Source of the DNA: Camelus ferus
Taxonomy: Eukaryota
Reading direction: 5' to 3'
Assembly (NCBI RefSeq): GCF_009834535.1
Contig: NC_045696.1
Location: 97,714,001 to 97,778,000, forward strand
Length of the DNA stretch: 64,000 bases
In this document: one piece after another, positions 62,318-64,000 of the stretch
How the letters are laid out: the number at the start of each line of letters is the position of its first letter
Numbering within the stretch: the stretch's first letter is position 1
Position numbers and translations under genes: made by a program
Notes under the pieces: generated by a model
The model's input: the letters and a program-made list of their open reading frames with translations, nothing else
What the model was told of the DNA's origin: nothing
Databases searched by the model: none

Positions 62318-63809
62318 CTAGAGGAAGAGACAGCAGCCTGTCTGAGACTTCATCAGCATCTTCTAAATCAAAACAGCTGTCCTGTGAGATGTCCTTGGAA
62401 AAGTCTGAGAAACAGCACACACAGGTTTTCTTGAAGATTCATCACACACATTAACAGTTTCCAAGTCTTGTAAAAACTTGTTTAACTCAAAACTTCCCAG
62501 ATTGCGGACCTTGGAGCTGTAGCTTTGGAAAGAAAGTGAACAGCAGATGAAAAGCACAGAGTTGGAAATATGATCAACTTGTTAAATGACAAGAGAGGGT
62601 TGAGGTCAGAGGAGTCCTTCGATGACAACCAGGAGCTTAGGATGAAAAGAAAATTCTCAATATAGTTAGCTGCTGCCTGTTCAGCGGGCAGGAACGCTGG
62701 TATGGTCTCTGCCCATTTCTTCTGCTCTGGGATAAGTGTGCAGGGCTACTGCCCTTGTGGACCTTGCTCCCATATAAGAACATCATGGGCCCTTTAAACA
62801 ATCCAGCTCCCTAGGTTTGGGGTGAAGCCCTGATTTCCAATGTCATAATTTTGGAGAAAAAAATTTTTATTGTAGCTGCTTTGGTCTCCAAGTCGGAGAC
62901 CTCTCTGAGTGGGAGAGACAACAGAATTTCAGAGATATAAATAAGCCAATTATGAGTCATTTCATCCCTCCATAATCTAGGACCAAGCCGGTTCTCCCAC
63001 CAACTCCATTTCTGAGTTTATCACAGGGTGCGCTTGTATGTGAGTGTGGGCAGTGGTATATGTAAACTACAAACCCCTGCAAAGGCTGAGAAGCAGCTTT
63101 CATCTGCATCAGCCAATATTTCCTCTCACGCATGGGTGTAGAGGTTTAGTGGGTAAAGATATGCTATGGGTGTGCCGCAGGCAAAGCTTGAGGTCGGGAA
63201 GGGACAGAAATGAAGTGACATATTAGTAAATAGTTTCTGCAAAGGCAAGCTGGGTGACTCAGTCTTCAGCGTCCATGGCTAGAGGGTCAGGGAGCCCTGT
63301 GAGTCAGGTAACCTGTGAACCACTGGGTGTTTCCTTGGCCCAGGGGAGCGTCACACTAGAGGCAATGGTGAGTCTCATCCTGTATAATGAGAGAAATATT
63401 CATGTCCACATCATCAGGGCTCCCTACGCAGGTGAGGATATCAGGGCTTGATGGTTCGTGGAGATATGCCAGATGGGAGAATGGGGCTCAGGTGTAGAGA
63501 GACAGAACGCGCAGGGATGCAGAGGCTCCCTGGACCCTCCCTGAGCACCACACTTTTCATGGCTCCACACCTCAAACCCTCCCATCAGCTCTGCTTCTGA
63601 AGGTAAAACTAAACGATTTCCATAGACCAGGCAAGTAGTTCTCTCCACTTGCTTTTTTGAAGATCCCTTCTTTTACTCTTTAGAAATCATTCCCCCTTTA
63701 ATGCCATAGGGAATTTATTACTGGTGGATCTTTTGATAAGCACATTTGAGTAACTGAAGAACCATAGAAATTTGTGTAGCTGAAGAACAATAAAAAGGAT
63801 GCTGAGTTT

Positions 63810-63960
63810 CACTCAGGAACCCAGGATTTGGGTTATGGCTGTTGATCTTGGGCAAGTCACTTTTTCTCTCTGAGCCTCAGTTTTCTAACCTGTAAAGTGG
63901 AGATGGTAATGTTATCTCTACCTGCCTATCATGATTGGGATGGTTAAATTTGATCATATA
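63810..63960 (+). mobile_element. MIR SINE
   Basis: TTGGGCAAGTCACTT...CTCTGAGCCTCAGTTTTCTAACCTGTAAAGTGG. Similar MIR cores occur near 1550, 7050, 10100, 22640, 42250 and 52020. Confidence 0.8.
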
Positions 63961-64000
63961 TGCTAATTTAACCATAGCAGTGGGAAAGCAACTTTGTTGC

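Noticed and set aside
1..64000. CRISPR array, operon, or prokaryotic defence or novel multi-gene system
   Set aside because: The sequence is mammalian, with a spliced gene and LINE/SINE/LTR repeats. There are no regularly spaced repeats and no long intact ORFs beyond TM4SF1.

Overview
This is AT-rich, repeat-dense mammalian genomic DNA, not microbial. It is most likely from a camelid (alpaca, llama or camel), judging by eight copies of a tRNA-Ala-like SINE resembling vic-1. The only protein-coding gene I can support is a complete + strand TM4SF1 (L6 antigen). It has 5 coding exons (49129-49305, 50744-50833, 50935-51080, 53475-53655, 55537-55551), all with GT-AG introns, and 609 nt encoding 202 aa that end in QYDC. 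It has a TATA/CCAAT/GC-box promoter and tandem poly(A) signals. The ~48 kb upstream and ~8 kb downstream are intergenic and filled with transposable-element fossils. The most notable are a near full-length hAT (Blackjack-like) DNA transposon with a readable transposase, a 5'-inverted (twin-primed) LINE-1 with a perfect 14-bp target-site duplication (TSD), and several structurally odd SINE insertions. There are also a few motif clusters that look like enhancers. I see no evidence of a new multi-gene system. Repeat family names are from recall of consensus sequences, not from a database search, and repeat boundaries are approximate unless a TSD is given.
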